DNA from: an uncultured Verrucomicrobiae bacterium
Lineage (GTDB): Bacteria > Verrucomicrobiota > Verrucomicrobiia > Chthoniobacterales > UBA10450
Reading direction: 5' to 3'
DNA: 64,000 nucleotides
Assembly: GCA_963726745.1 (NCBI GenBank)
Contig: CAVSDR010000004.1
Span: 128,001 to 192,000 of the forward strand
The position numbers and the translations under genes were made by a program. Under the pieces are notes generated by a model that was given only the letters and a program-made list of their open reading frames with translations, was not told the origin of the DNA and did not search any database. Positions 21,636 through 30,246 of the stretch are shown here, one piece after another (position 1 is the first letter of the stretch; each line of letters opens with the position of its first letter).

Positions 21636-22058
21636 GTGGAAGTCTACGTTCACAAAGCTGGTCAGCAGCATGGCCCATTCACGGACGAAGAGGTGATCGC
21701 TTCGCTGCGCAATGGCGCATTCGCGGCTGACGATCTCGGGTGGCGCGAAGGCCAAGGTGACTGGCTTCCTCTTGCGCAGCTCTACCTGGCCGCTTCGCGA
21801 CCGGTGGGCGCAGCGCCTCCACCTGTGCTAACGGTCTCCCGCGCACAGAAGAAGTCGAAGGTTGAGTTCGCGGGATGGGGCGCGGCACTTCAGGCTATCG
21901 GCCTGCTACTTTGCTTCACTATTGTAGGCGCGCTTATGGGTATTCCACTGATGATTATCGGCGGGCGCATGTCACGCAAACTCATCTGCACACACTGTGG
22001 CAATCAAACCACAGCAGAAGCGAAGATTTGTTCGGCTTGTGGCGCACACTTCGCATGA
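21636..22058 (+). CDS. Integron cassette 1: GYF_2 (DUF4339) domain + 2 TM + zinc ribbon
   Basis: GQQHGPF...WREGQGDWLPL; TM hairpin; CTHC...CSAC. Confidence 0.85.
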   Translation: MEVYVHKAGQQHGPFTDEEVIASLRNGAFAADDLGWREGQGDWLPLAQLYLAASRPVGAAPPPVLTVSRAQKKSKVEFAGWGAALQAIGLLLCFTIVGALMGIPLMIIGGRMSRKLICTHCGNQTTAEAKICSACGAHFA

Positions 22059-22071
22059 AAACGCAAAAGAG

Positions 22072-22195
22072 ACCTGACCAGGCGATGCAGCGAACCGCTG
22101 GCCGCTCCGCGTTCCCACTTTCGATGACTTCCACATCCTACCTGCAGCGGCGTGCGCTCTCGCCAGCGGTCGCCTGATCTTGGGTCTCGTTAGGC
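22072..22195 (+). mobile_element. attC site 1
   Basis: R'' ACCTGAC to R' GTTAGGC, 124 bp; L arms ACCGCTGGC/GCCAGCGGT. The segment GAGACCTGAC complements the cassette start GTTAGGTCTC at 9/10 positions. Confidence 0.88.
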
Positions 22196-22205
22196 GGCTA
22201 CGCAC

Positions 22206-22935
22206 GTGAGCTACTTCATTTATCAAGAGAGCGAGACATACGGCCCGTACCCGCTTGAGCAGTTGCGAGCGCTTTGGGCCGAAGGGCGTGTTCAGACTGG
22301 CGCCCTCTTCTGCGAAGAGGGCGCCGAGGAGTGGCGAGATATTGCGGAGCTGCGATCGCGGCTGGAGCCGCAGCCGCGGCTGCCCGCCGCGGTTCGTGCG
22401 TCGCCACCATTACCGGTACAGCAGAAAAGCGCTGCGCCTCGCAAAAACACAGCTCTTGTCGCCGCTGGTGTCGTTGGACTATTCGCTTTCTTCATTATCA
22501 TTGGCGTTGTCTCGCAGAGTACGACACCGACGCCAGTTGTAGGCGGGCGTAGTGCCGCCGCCGGAGTGATGTACCGATGCAGAGTCGGCGCTTCGCAGCG
22601 CCGACTACAACCGGACCGCACAGCTATTGAATCGAATTTCCGACGAGTATCCCGACAGCTCGCAGGCACAGACAGTTCGCGACCTGGCGTCATTCCTTCG
22701 CAACCGGCAAGCGAGTCGCGAAGGCCCGTTCACGGCGGGCGAAGCGGAGCGCCTTCGCGCCGTAATGGATTCATGGGAGAAGATCCGTGCGAATTACCGC
22801 GTCACCACACCAGAGAAGCGTCGTGCCTTGGAAGCGATTTTCGGGCGTGAGACTTTCCAGACGACAGATGTCGGCTTGGAGAGCATCAGCACATCCGCTA
22901 CTAAGCTTCGAGATAGCGTGGACAGAGCGCGATGA
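22206..22935 (+). CDS. Integron cassette 2: GYF_2 domain + TM + helical (TPR-like) domain, frameshifted near 22545-22575
   Basis: ETYGPY...CEEGAEEWRDI; TM; another frame continues DAESALRSADYNRTAQLLNRISDEYPDSSQA to the stop at 22935. Confidence 0.72.
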
Positions 22936-22942
22936 CACCGCC

Positions 22943-23067
22943 GCCTAACCATGCGATGGAGCGAAACGGCGGACCGCTCTGCAATTCACTTTTGAGATGA
23001 CTACTTCTCTTCCACTTCGAGCGGCGCGAGCCCTCGCCAGCGGTCGCTCATCTTGTTCTCGTTAGGT
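22943..23067 (+). mobile_element. attC site 2
   Basis: R'' GCCTAAC to R' GTTAGGT, 125 bp, homologous to attC1. GCCGCCTAAC is the exact complement of the cassette start GTTAGGCGGC. Confidence 0.9.
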
Positions 23068-23260
23068 GCTGAGACGTCGCGATGAGATTGCTGGCTAATT
23101 TCTCCGAACGGCCGTCGCGCGGCGCGGTGGCCCGCCGGGCGGACCGCCCAGCCTCCGGGGTCAGAGCTTGAATCTCGGCAGTTTTGGCGCTCTTCGGGCA
23201 CTGGCGGCGCCCCCTTTTTTTCTTGCCTAACGGGCGCTGCCTTTTCAAACATCGCGGCCT

Positions 23261-23950
23261 ATGGACGACTCTCAAAGGAACACGCTGGCGATGTTTAAGA
23301 CGGTGCGGACTTACCTGGGCGAGCATCAGTCGGTTTGGCAGGGGGTGCCGGCGATTGCGACGGTGAAGTCGGCCTTTTCGACGGTGGTGGACGGGATCGA
23401 TGCGGCGGTCGAGCGGCAGGAACAGCCTTCGACCGGAATCACCCAGGAGAAGCAGGATCGGCGCGATGTCCTGGAGGGTTTGATCCTTTCCCTGGGTCAC
23501 ACGGTGGCGGCTTATGCGGAGATGAGCGGGAACCACGCGATGGCCGCGGAGGTGGATTACACCCCGTCGCGGCTGGATACGATGAATGAGGAGCGGCTGG
23601 ACGATGCAGCCACGCGGGTGATTGACCATGCCAGTGCCCATATCGCCGACTTAACTGCGCAATATAACCTAACGAGTGCAATGGTGACGGCGCTGACGGC
23701 GGCGCGCGATGCCTTCAAGGCGGACCAGCCGAAACCGCAGGCGAAGATTTCGGCCAAGGCCGGGGAGACGGCCTCGCTCCCGGAGAAGTTCCGGCAGGCG
23801 CGCACCCTCCTGCGCCGGCAGCTCGACAAGCTGATGATGGCTTTCCGCGCGACCAACCCGGAGTTCTATGCCGGCTACCTGAGCGCGCGGGTGGTGATCG
23901 ACCGGCGCGGGCCGGGAAAGCCGGCTCAACCCACGCCACCGACGCCCTAA
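23261..23950 (+). CDS. Uncharacterised alpha-helical protein
   Basis: 229 aa, amphipathic helices, C-terminal LDKLM..F....PEFYAGYLSARVVID motif. Confidence 0.8.
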   Translation: MDDSQRNTLAMFKTVRTYLGEHQSVWQGVPAIATVKSAFSTVVDGIDAAVERQEQPSTGITQEKQDRRDVLEGLILSLGHTVAAYAEMSGNHAMAAEVDYTPSRLDTMNEERLDDAATRVIDHASAHIADLTAQYNLTSAMVTALTAARDAFKADQPKPQAKISAKAGETASLPEKFRQARTLLRRQLDKLMMAFRATNPEFYAGYLSARVVIDRRGPGKPAQPTPPTP

Positions 23951-24030
23951 GGGCGCAAATCGCTGGGAGGGAGGCGTTTTCGGATGCTCGCGAAAGGGAT
24001 CGACCAGAGCGGGAGCCGATCTCGGCGGAG

Positions 24031-24387
24031 CCAGACAGCCAAATGGAGGCGCCAAGGTGCAGATCATCTGGCCCAAACGGCAACTCATCTTCGCCAAACG
24101 GCAACTCATCTTCGCCAAACGGCAATTCATCTTCGCCAAACGGCAATTCATCTTCGCCAGACGGCAATTCATCTTCGCCAAACGGCAATTCATCTTCGCC
24201 AGACGGCAACTCATCTTCGCCAGACGGCAACTCCTCTGCGCCAAAGTGCAGGCTATTTTCCCCAGACGGCATCTCGCATGGCCCGGACGGCAACTCCTTT
24301 TCCCCGGATGGCAACTCCCCGGGCCCGGACGGCAGCTCGTGTGGGCCTGAGCGCCTCTCCCCTTCTCCAGACGCCCAGCCGAACCTT
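24031..24387. repeat. Tandem array of 17 x 21-bp units (consensus CCARACGGCAAYTCATCTTCG)
   Basis: Exact 21-bp phase from 24031 to 24387; near-identical core units at 24073-24240, degenerate flanking units. Confidence 0.93.
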
Positions 24388-24405
24388 GCGGGAGGACGCC
24401 GCGTG

Positions 24406-24732
24406 ATGGAAACGGACGAGTCCCGACCGACGGCGGGCGCCGGCGAAGGGCTGGACCTCGACCGGGTGCTGGCCGCGATCGGGGATGGATCGCGCTGGCG
24501 CATCCTGGTGGCGCTGGCGGAGCGGGACAATGTGCTGGTAAACGAGCTGGCGGAGCTGCTGGGCCGGAATGCGAGCACGGTTTCGAAGCACCTGCGTTTC
24601 CTGCGCGAGGCCGGCCTGGTGGAAGCGGGCCGGGGGCGGCTCTACCGGATCGCGCCGCAGCTCGCACTCGACCGGGAGAAGGGCGAGCTGGACCTCGGCT
24701 TTGCCGTGCTGCGGTTCCATCCTGCTGGCTAA
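24406..24732 (+). CDS. ArsR/SmtB-type winged-helix regulator
   Basis: LAAIGDGSRWRILVAL...VNELAELLG...TVSKHLRFLREAGLV; may start at 24043 and include (PNGNSSS)n. Confidence 0.85.
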   Translation: METDESRPTAGAGEGLDLDRVLAAIGDGSRWRILVALAERDNVLVNELAELLGRNASTVSKHLRFLREAGLVEAGRGRLYRIAPQLALDREKGELDLGFAVLRFHPAG

Positions 24733-24898
24733 AAACGGCCGGGCGCGCCTGGAAGGAGGTGCCGGGCGGGCGTCGACGGTGGACCGGGAGCGTTCCGGTC
24801 GCGCGAGGCGCGATGGGGCACCCATGTCTCCTCCCTTAGGAAACCTCAAGAGAATGATTTTTCTGGCCATTCCGAAGCGGTCTCGTTAGACCAACCGA

Positions 24899-25666
24899 AT
24901 GAAATCCCCCCAAAACCTCCTGCTCGCGAGCGGCCTCGCGCTCCTCCTTCCCTTTCTGACCGCCACGGCGGTCCACGCCCAGAGCGTGGTGGTGCCCGGC
25001 GGAAATGCCGGCACCGAAGGAAATCAGAACAACCTCATCCCATTTAGCTTTAACAATAATCGCTACCAGCAGGTCTACGGCGCCTCGGCCTTTGCCGGAG
25101 TGCCGGCGGGCGGAGCGTATCTCACCCAGATCGCCTTCCGGCCAGATGCGGAATTCGGCGCCGCGTTTGCCAGCATCCTGCCGAGCGTGCGGATCGACCT
25201 GGCCGTGACCATGGCGGCGGTGGACGGTCTGAGCACGACGTTTGCGAGCAATCTCACCAGCGGGTCGACGATCGTTTACGGCGGGGTCAGTGGCGCCGCG
25301 CTTGCCCTCTCCAGTGCTTTCACCGGTCCGGCCGGCGGACCGAAAGCCTTCGATATCATCATCACCTTCACCACCCCGTTTTTCTACGATCCGGCATTGG
25401 GGAACCTGCTGCTCGACGTGCGGAACTTTGGCGGCGGAACGACGACCCTTTTCGACGCGCAAAGCATGCTGAACGACAGCATTTCCCGGGTGGGCACGTT
25501 TGGCGGCGGCGTGGGCTCGGCCACGGGGAACTTTGCGGACTCTCTCGGCCTGGTGACGAAGTTCACCTACGCGCCGGCGGCTGCCCCGGAGAATGCGGAG
25601 AGCGCACTGCTCCTCGGCCTGGGCGCGGGTGCTCTCTTTTGGCTGCGGCGGCGGGTGGCGGCGTAA
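24899..25666 (+). CDS. Secreted protein with PEP-CTERM-like sorting tail
   Basis: Signal peptide; C-terminus APENAES + hydrophobic TM + LRRR. Confidence 0.8.
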   Translation: MKSPQNLLLASGLALLLPFLTATAVHAQSVVVPGGNAGTEGNQNNLIPFSFNNNRYQQVYGASAFAGVPAGGAYLTQIAFRPDAEFGAAFASILPSVRIDLAVTMAAVDGLSTTFASNLTSGSTIVYGGVSGAALALSSAFTGPAGGPKAFDIIITFTTPFFYDPALGNLLLDVRNFGGGTTTLFDAQSMLNDSISRVGTFGGGVGSATGNFADSLGLVTKFTYAPAAAPENAESALLLGLGAGALFWLRRRVAA

Positions 25667-25754
25667 ACGCGGCGGGATGGCAGGGCGCGGGAGGTGATGG
25701 GCGCGGCCCGCGTTTACTCGTGCGCGCGAGACTGCGTGATGGCAGATTGCCAGC

Positions 25755-27149
25755 GTGATGAAGATGGCTCTCTGCCTCGCGTGCCTGCTCCTGGCTTTTT
25801 CCCCGGCAGCGCCGGGCCGCACTGAGATCGCCAAAGGCGACGTGGTGGTAGTGCCGCTGGAGGGGGAAGTCTCGCCCTCGCTCTTTTTCTTCCTCCGGCG
25901 CGCGGTGAAAAAGGCGGAAGCCAATGGAGCCTCCGCGATCGTCTTTGAAATGGACACCTACGGCGGGCGGCTGGACAGCGCGGAGGAGATCACCAAGCTG
26001 CTCAACCGCACCACGCTTCCGACCTACACCTTCATCAACACCAACGCCGGTTCCGCGGGCGCCTTGATCGCGCTTGCGACCCAGCACATTTACATGGCGC
26101 CGGTGAGTGCGATCGGCGCGGCCGCCCCGATCCAATCCGACGGCAAAGATCTCGGCGCGACTGCGAAGGAGAAGACGATCTCGTATTGGTCGGCGCTGGT
26201 CCGCGGGACCGCGAACCGCAACAGCCACAACCCGGACGTGGGCGAGGCGTTCATGAACAAGGAGAAGGAAGTGAAACTCGGCGACCGGGTGCTTCATCCC
26301 GCCGGCAGCCTCCTGACCTTGAACGCGCAGGAAGCGACCGCGCGGCACGACGGGAAGCCGCTGCTCGCGGAAGGCATCGCGGAGTCGGTCGCGGAAGTGG
26401 TGCAAAGGGCGGGGCTGAAGGGCGAGACCGTGCGGCTGGAGCCGGCGGGCTTTGAGCGGCTGGCGTTTTGGATCACCGCGCTCGCGCCCTTGCTCTTGTT
26501 AGGCGGCATGCTCGGGGCGTATCTCGAGTTCAAGCTCCCGGGCTTTGGCTTGCCGGGAATCGCGGCCGCGGTTTGCTTTGGGCTTTTTTTCTTTGGGCAC
26601 TATTTCGCGGGGCTCGCGGGTTGGGAGACGGTGGCGCTCTTCGGCCTGGGCGTGCTCCTGGTGCTGGCGGAGATTTTGTTCTTCGCGCACTCCACGATCA
26701 TCATCGGATTAGTCGGCGTCTTCTGCATTCTCGGCTCCCTGCTCTGGGCGATGATCGATCGCTTTCCGGGGCAGACTTTTCTCCCGACGAGCGCGATGTT
26801 GCGCGTGCCCATTATGAATCTCCTTCTCGCCATGGTCGCCGCCGCTTTCGCCATCGCGCTGCTCGCGCGTTACCTCCCGCGCACCAGCGTCTACCGGCGC
26901 TTCGTCTTGTCGGCTGATATCCCGAGCGGCCCTTCGATCCTGGGCGATGCGCCGCATTTCCCGCCGCCCGTGCGGGTCGCGACCGGCGCGGAAGGAACGG
27001 CGGTCACGTCCCTGCGCCCGAGCGGCAAGGCACGCTTCGGCGAGCACGTGGTCGACGTCGTCACCGAGGGGGAATTCATCTCCGCGGAAAGCGCGGTCGC
27101 GGTCGTCTCGACCGACGGCATGCGCGTGGTCGTGAAGGTGCGCGCTTGA
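25755..27149 (+). CDS. nfeD: NfeD family membrane-bound ClpP-class protease
   Basis: MDTYGGRLDSA, NAGSAGALIA, LEFKLPGFG, LRPSGKA C-terminal OB fold. Confidence 0.9.
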   Translation: MMKMALCLACLLLAFSPAAPGRTEIAKGDVVVVPLEGEVSPSLFFFLRRAVKKAEANGASAIVFEMDTYGGRLDSAEEITKLLNRTTLPTYTFINTNAGSAGALIALATQHIYMAPVSAIGAAAPIQSDGKDLGATAKEKTISYWSALVRGTANRNSHNPDVGEAFMNKEKEVKLGDRVLHPAGSLLTLNAQEATARHDGKPLLAEGIAESVAEVVQRAGLKGETVRLEPAGFERLAFWITALAPLLLLGGMLGAYLEFKLPGFGLPGIAAAVCFGLFFFGHYFAGLAGWETVALFGLGVLLVLAEILFFAHSTIIIGLVGVFCILGSLLWAMIDRFPGQTFLPTSAMLRVPIMNLLLAMVAAAFAIALLARYLPRTSVYRRFVLSADIPSGPSILGDAPHFPPPVRVATGAEGTAVTSLRPSGKARFGEHVVDVVTEGEFISAESAVAVVSTDGMRVVVKVRA

Positions 27150-27150
27150 G

Positions 27151-27948
27151 ATGTTCGGGAGCTTGAAGGAACGACGCCGACGCCGGCTGCGGGCGGAGCC
27201 CATCCCGGAAGCGTGGCGCGCGATCATCGGGCGGAATCTGCCCTTCTTCGCCCACCTCCCGCAGGCGGACCAGGCGGAGCTGCTCGGCCACGCGCAGGTT
27301 TTGCTGGCGGAGAAAGGCTGGGAAGGCTGCGGCGGCCTGGAATTAACCGACGAGATCAAGGTCACGATCGCGGTGCAGGCCGGCCGGCTCCTCCTGCATC
27401 GGCCGACTGACTATTATCCACGGCTGCTGACCATCCTGATTTATCCGTCCGGCTTCATCGTCCCGCAGGAGCAACCGTTGGGCGACAGCGACATTTGGCA
27501 GGAAGGAAAAGAAGGCCGCCTGGGCGAAACCGGACGGCGGATGGGCTCGCTCGTCCTGGCGTGGGACACCGTGCTGGCAGATGCGCTCGATCCCTCCGAC
27601 GGGAAGAATCTCGTGCTGCACGAGTTTGCTCATCAACTGGACTTCGAGGATTCCGTGGCCGATGGCGCGCCCGTGCTGGGCTCGCGGAGCGATCGACGCT
27701 CCTGGGCAGAGGTGATGCGGATCGAATACGCCACGCTTTGCGCCGCGGTCGATACCGGCATTCCGACGCTGCTCGACGAATACGGCGCGACCGATCCAGC
27801 GGAGTTTTTCGCGGTCGCGACGGAAGCGTTTTTCGAGCGGCCGCTGGCGCTGCGCCGCTGGCATCCGCGGCTCTACGGCGAGCTGCAACATTTCTTCCGG
27901 CAGGATCCGCTGCTTTCGTCGAGCGAGCCGGCGTCGTTTGACCGCTAA
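27151..27948 (+). CDS. M90 family zinc metallopeptidase (MtfA-like)
   Basis: NLVLHEFAHQLD, YGATDPAEFFAVATEAFFERP. Confidence 0.92.
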   Translation: MFGSLKERRRRRLRAEPIPEAWRAIIGRNLPFFAHLPQADQAELLGHAQVLLAEKGWEGCGGLELTDEIKVTIAVQAGRLLLHRPTDYYPRLLTILIYPSGFIVPQEQPLGDSDIWQEGKEGRLGETGRRMGSLVLAWDTVLADALDPSDGKNLVLHEFAHQLDFEDSVADGAPVLGSRSDRRSWAEVMRIEYATLCAAVDTGIPTLLDEYGATDPAEFFAVATEAFFERPLALRRWHPRLYGELQHFFRQDPLLSSSEPASFDR

Positions 27949-27952
27949 GGGG

Positions 27953-28153
27953 TCAGCCGCCGGCGACGACGCGGATGAACTCGATCTGGTCGTTCTCGGC
28001 TAACGAGTGCTCGGCCCACTCGCGTTGATGGAGCGCGGTGCCGTTGTGCTCGATCAGGATGCTGTTCGGATGCAGGCCGAACTGGTCGGCTAATTCCGCC
28101 ACGGTGCGCGCGCCGCGGGTCTCGGCGCGTTCGCCATTCACGCGCACGGTCAT
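27953..28153 (-). CDS. thiS: Sulfur carrier protein ThiS
   Basis: MTVRVNGE...EHNG...IEFIRVVAGG (C-terminal GG). Confidence 0.92.
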   Translation of the reverse strand: MTVRVNGERAETRGARTVAELADQFGLHPNSILIEHNGTALHQREWAEHSLAENDQIEFIRVVAGG

Positions 28154-29274
28154 GTCGCGAGCAGCGCCTGGTCCCAATCTTTCCACACCGGCTCAAGCCC
28201 GCGCGCGCGCAGCATGTCGGCTATTTCTCGCGGCGAACGTTCGTCGCTGATCTCGAATTGCCCGGTGGCGATCTGGTCGAGGCCGCCGTCGAACTCCGGC
28301 GCGACGATCCGGCCACGCACGGTCTGGTGAAGATTTTCGCGACCGAGGCGAGTGTAACCGCCGGGCTCGGTGTGGCTGCCGGCGCTCATCGTGGTGATCC
28401 CGAGCGGCACGAGCGCGTCGCGCAGCGGCGCCGGCTCCCGCGTGCTCAGGACAATGCCGACCTGCGGAAAGGTGATGCGCAGGGCGCAGATGAGCTGCGC
28501 AAGCTCGCGATCGCTCATGCCGTGGCTCGGCTGGAAACCGCCCGCCGCCGGACGAAGCCGCGGCAGGCTGACGCTAATCTGCGCCTGCCAGCAGCGCCGG
28601 AGTAAATAATCGACATGGGCTGCGAGCGCGAGCGCTTCCTCCCGCCAAGGCGCGAGGCCGAACAGCGCGCCAATGCCGAGACGCCGGAAGCCGGCTGCGT
28701 AGCCGCGTTCCGGGCAATCGAGGCGCCAGTTGAAGTCGCGCTTCGGTCCGGAGGTGTGCATCTCGGAATAGACCGCGCGATCATAGGTCTCCTGGTAAAC
28801 CACCAGCCCTTCCGCGCCCGCGTTTACGATCGGCCGGTATTCTTCCGTCTCCATCGGCCCGACCTCGATCGAAATCGAGGAGAACTCCGGCGCCAGCGCG
28901 CGCACGCAGTCGCTCAGGTAATCGCCGCTGACGAATTTCGGATGCTCGCCGGCAACCAGCAAAATCTGGCGAAAACCCTCGGCGGCCAGATGGCGCGCCT
29001 CGGCGATGACCTGCTCCTGCTCGAGAGTCACACGCAGGATCGGATTATCGCGCGAGAAGCCGCAGTAGCGGCAGTTGTTGATGCATTCGTTGGAAAGATA
29101 AAGCGGCGCGAAGAGCCGCATCGTGCGGCCGAAATTTTGCCGTGTGAGCCGACGTGCCTCCTGCGCGAGGGCCTCGAAGCTGCGAGCATCGTCCTGCGCC
29201 AGGAGTCGCTGGAAACCGGTCAGGCACGCGCTTTTTTCGAGCGCGAGCTGATCGAGAATGGGAGCGAAAGACAT
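28150..29274 (-). CDS. thiH: 2-iminoacetate synthase (radical SAM)
   Basis: APLYLSNECINNCRYCGFS, YQETY, STRE, QFEISDERS, PVWKDWD. Confidence 0.95.
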   Translation of the reverse strand: MSFAPILDQLALEKSACLTGFQRLLAQDDARSFEALAQEARRLTRQNFGRTMRLFAPLYLSNECINNCRYCGFSRDNPILRVTLEQEQVIAEARHLAAEGFRQILLVAGEHPKFVSGDYLSDCVRALAPEFSSISIEVGPMETEEYRPIVNAGAEGLVVYQETYDRAVYSEMHTSGPKRDFNWRLDCPERGYAAGFRRLGIGALFGLAPWREEALALAAHVDYLLRRCWQAQISVSLPRLRPAAGGFQPSHGMSDRELAQLICALRITFPQVGIVLSTREPAPLRDALVPLGITTMSAGSHTEPGGYTRLGRENLHQTVRGRIVAPEFDGGLDQIATGQFEISDERSPREIADMLRARGLEPVWKDWDQALLAT

Positions 29275-29326
29275 CGGGGAAAAGTGCGGCCAGCGGCAGG
29301 CCGGTGCAATCGGCAAGAGGCCGGCT

Positions 29327-29366
29327 AAAAAAGAAAACGCCGGGAACACATACAGTGTTCCCGGCG
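29327..29366 (-). terminator. Intrinsic terminator of the OM barrel gene
   Basis: CGCCGGGAACAC...GTGTTCCCGGCG stem with a U-tract on the minus strand. Confidence 0.85.
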
Positions 29367-29392
29367 CTCCTGTTTAAGCTTTAAGCGTTAGC

Positions 29393-30049
29393 TTAGAACG
29401 CGAAGTTCAGACCGGTGCGAACCTGCCAGAAATCATTCTGGCCGCCGTCGACTTGGTTGTAGCTCACGTCATTGGTCCAGCCGATGTGCTGGGTGATGCG
29501 GAACTCAAGACCGCCGCCGTATTGGGCGAAGAGCTTGCCGTCGTCGTTACGGTTGCTGTTCACGAACACGCCGTTGCCGTTGAAGAACAACTGCTCGCGG
29601 CCGCCACCGAAGATGCCACCCACACCAGCCCACGCGTAAGGCGCGAAACGGGTGCATGGGATCGGGTAACGGAAGGTGAACGTGCCGAGCGCGCCACCAG
29701 CGAAGTTATTGTTGTTGTCGTTGCGGCCGAAACGGTTGTTGTTCGTGGAATCGAGGCCGAGCCCGAAGCCCTGCACACCCACGCCGAAGAAGCGGCGGAA
29801 GAAGTACTTGATGTCAACCGCGCCACCGAAGGCGTGATCCACACCGAGATACTGGTCGTCGCGGTAGCTGTTGCTCGTGGGAGCATAGATGCCCGAGACG
29901 CCGATGTTCCATTCGTTGTCCGCATACCAGGTCGGGCAAGGCGCCGTCATGGTCTGCTTCATTTCTTTGCCAGAGTACGTTTCGGTACCTGCGTAAGCGG
30001 CCGAGACCAGGGCGGTCAGCGCGCACAAGGTTAAGGTCAGTTTTTTCAT
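29393..30049 (-). CDS. Outer-membrane beta-barrel protein
   Basis: Signal peptide, YSGKEMKQ N-terminal motif, amphipathic strands, terminal RTGLNFAF. Confidence 0.85.
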   Translation of the reverse strand: MKKLTLTLCALTALVSAAYAGTETYSGKEMKQTMTAPCPTWYADNEWNIGVSGIYAPTSNSYRDDQYLGVDHAFGGAVDIKYFFRRFFGVGVQGFGLGLDSTNNNRFGRNDNNNNFAGGALGTFTFRYPIPCTRFAPYAWAGVGGIFGGGREQLFFNGNGVFVNSNRNDDGKLFAQYGGGLEFRITQHIGWTNDVSYNQVDGGQNDFWQVRTGLNFAF

Positions 30050-30246
30050 ATCGTTGTTTCTGTTTTTTTGGTTAAGTCCGGCTCTTCGTCAACGGGAAAG
30101 TGCCGCCGGTTACACTCTCTCCTCCGCTCTACATTGCTGCAGAGGCGGCGAAGGTGACACAGAAATCTGCGATTTCCAGTGCTTCTTCAAATCATTATCG
30201 CTCAAACCCCCGGTGGCGGTTGCCTCTGTTTACCGGGCGTTCCGCC

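Noticed and set aside
24031..24387. CRISPR array
   Set aside because: Units are contiguous 21-mers with no unique spacers, and no cas genes are present
29274..29392. TPP riboswitch upstream of thiH
   Set aside because: Only a terminator hairpin is present; no CTGAGA TPP core
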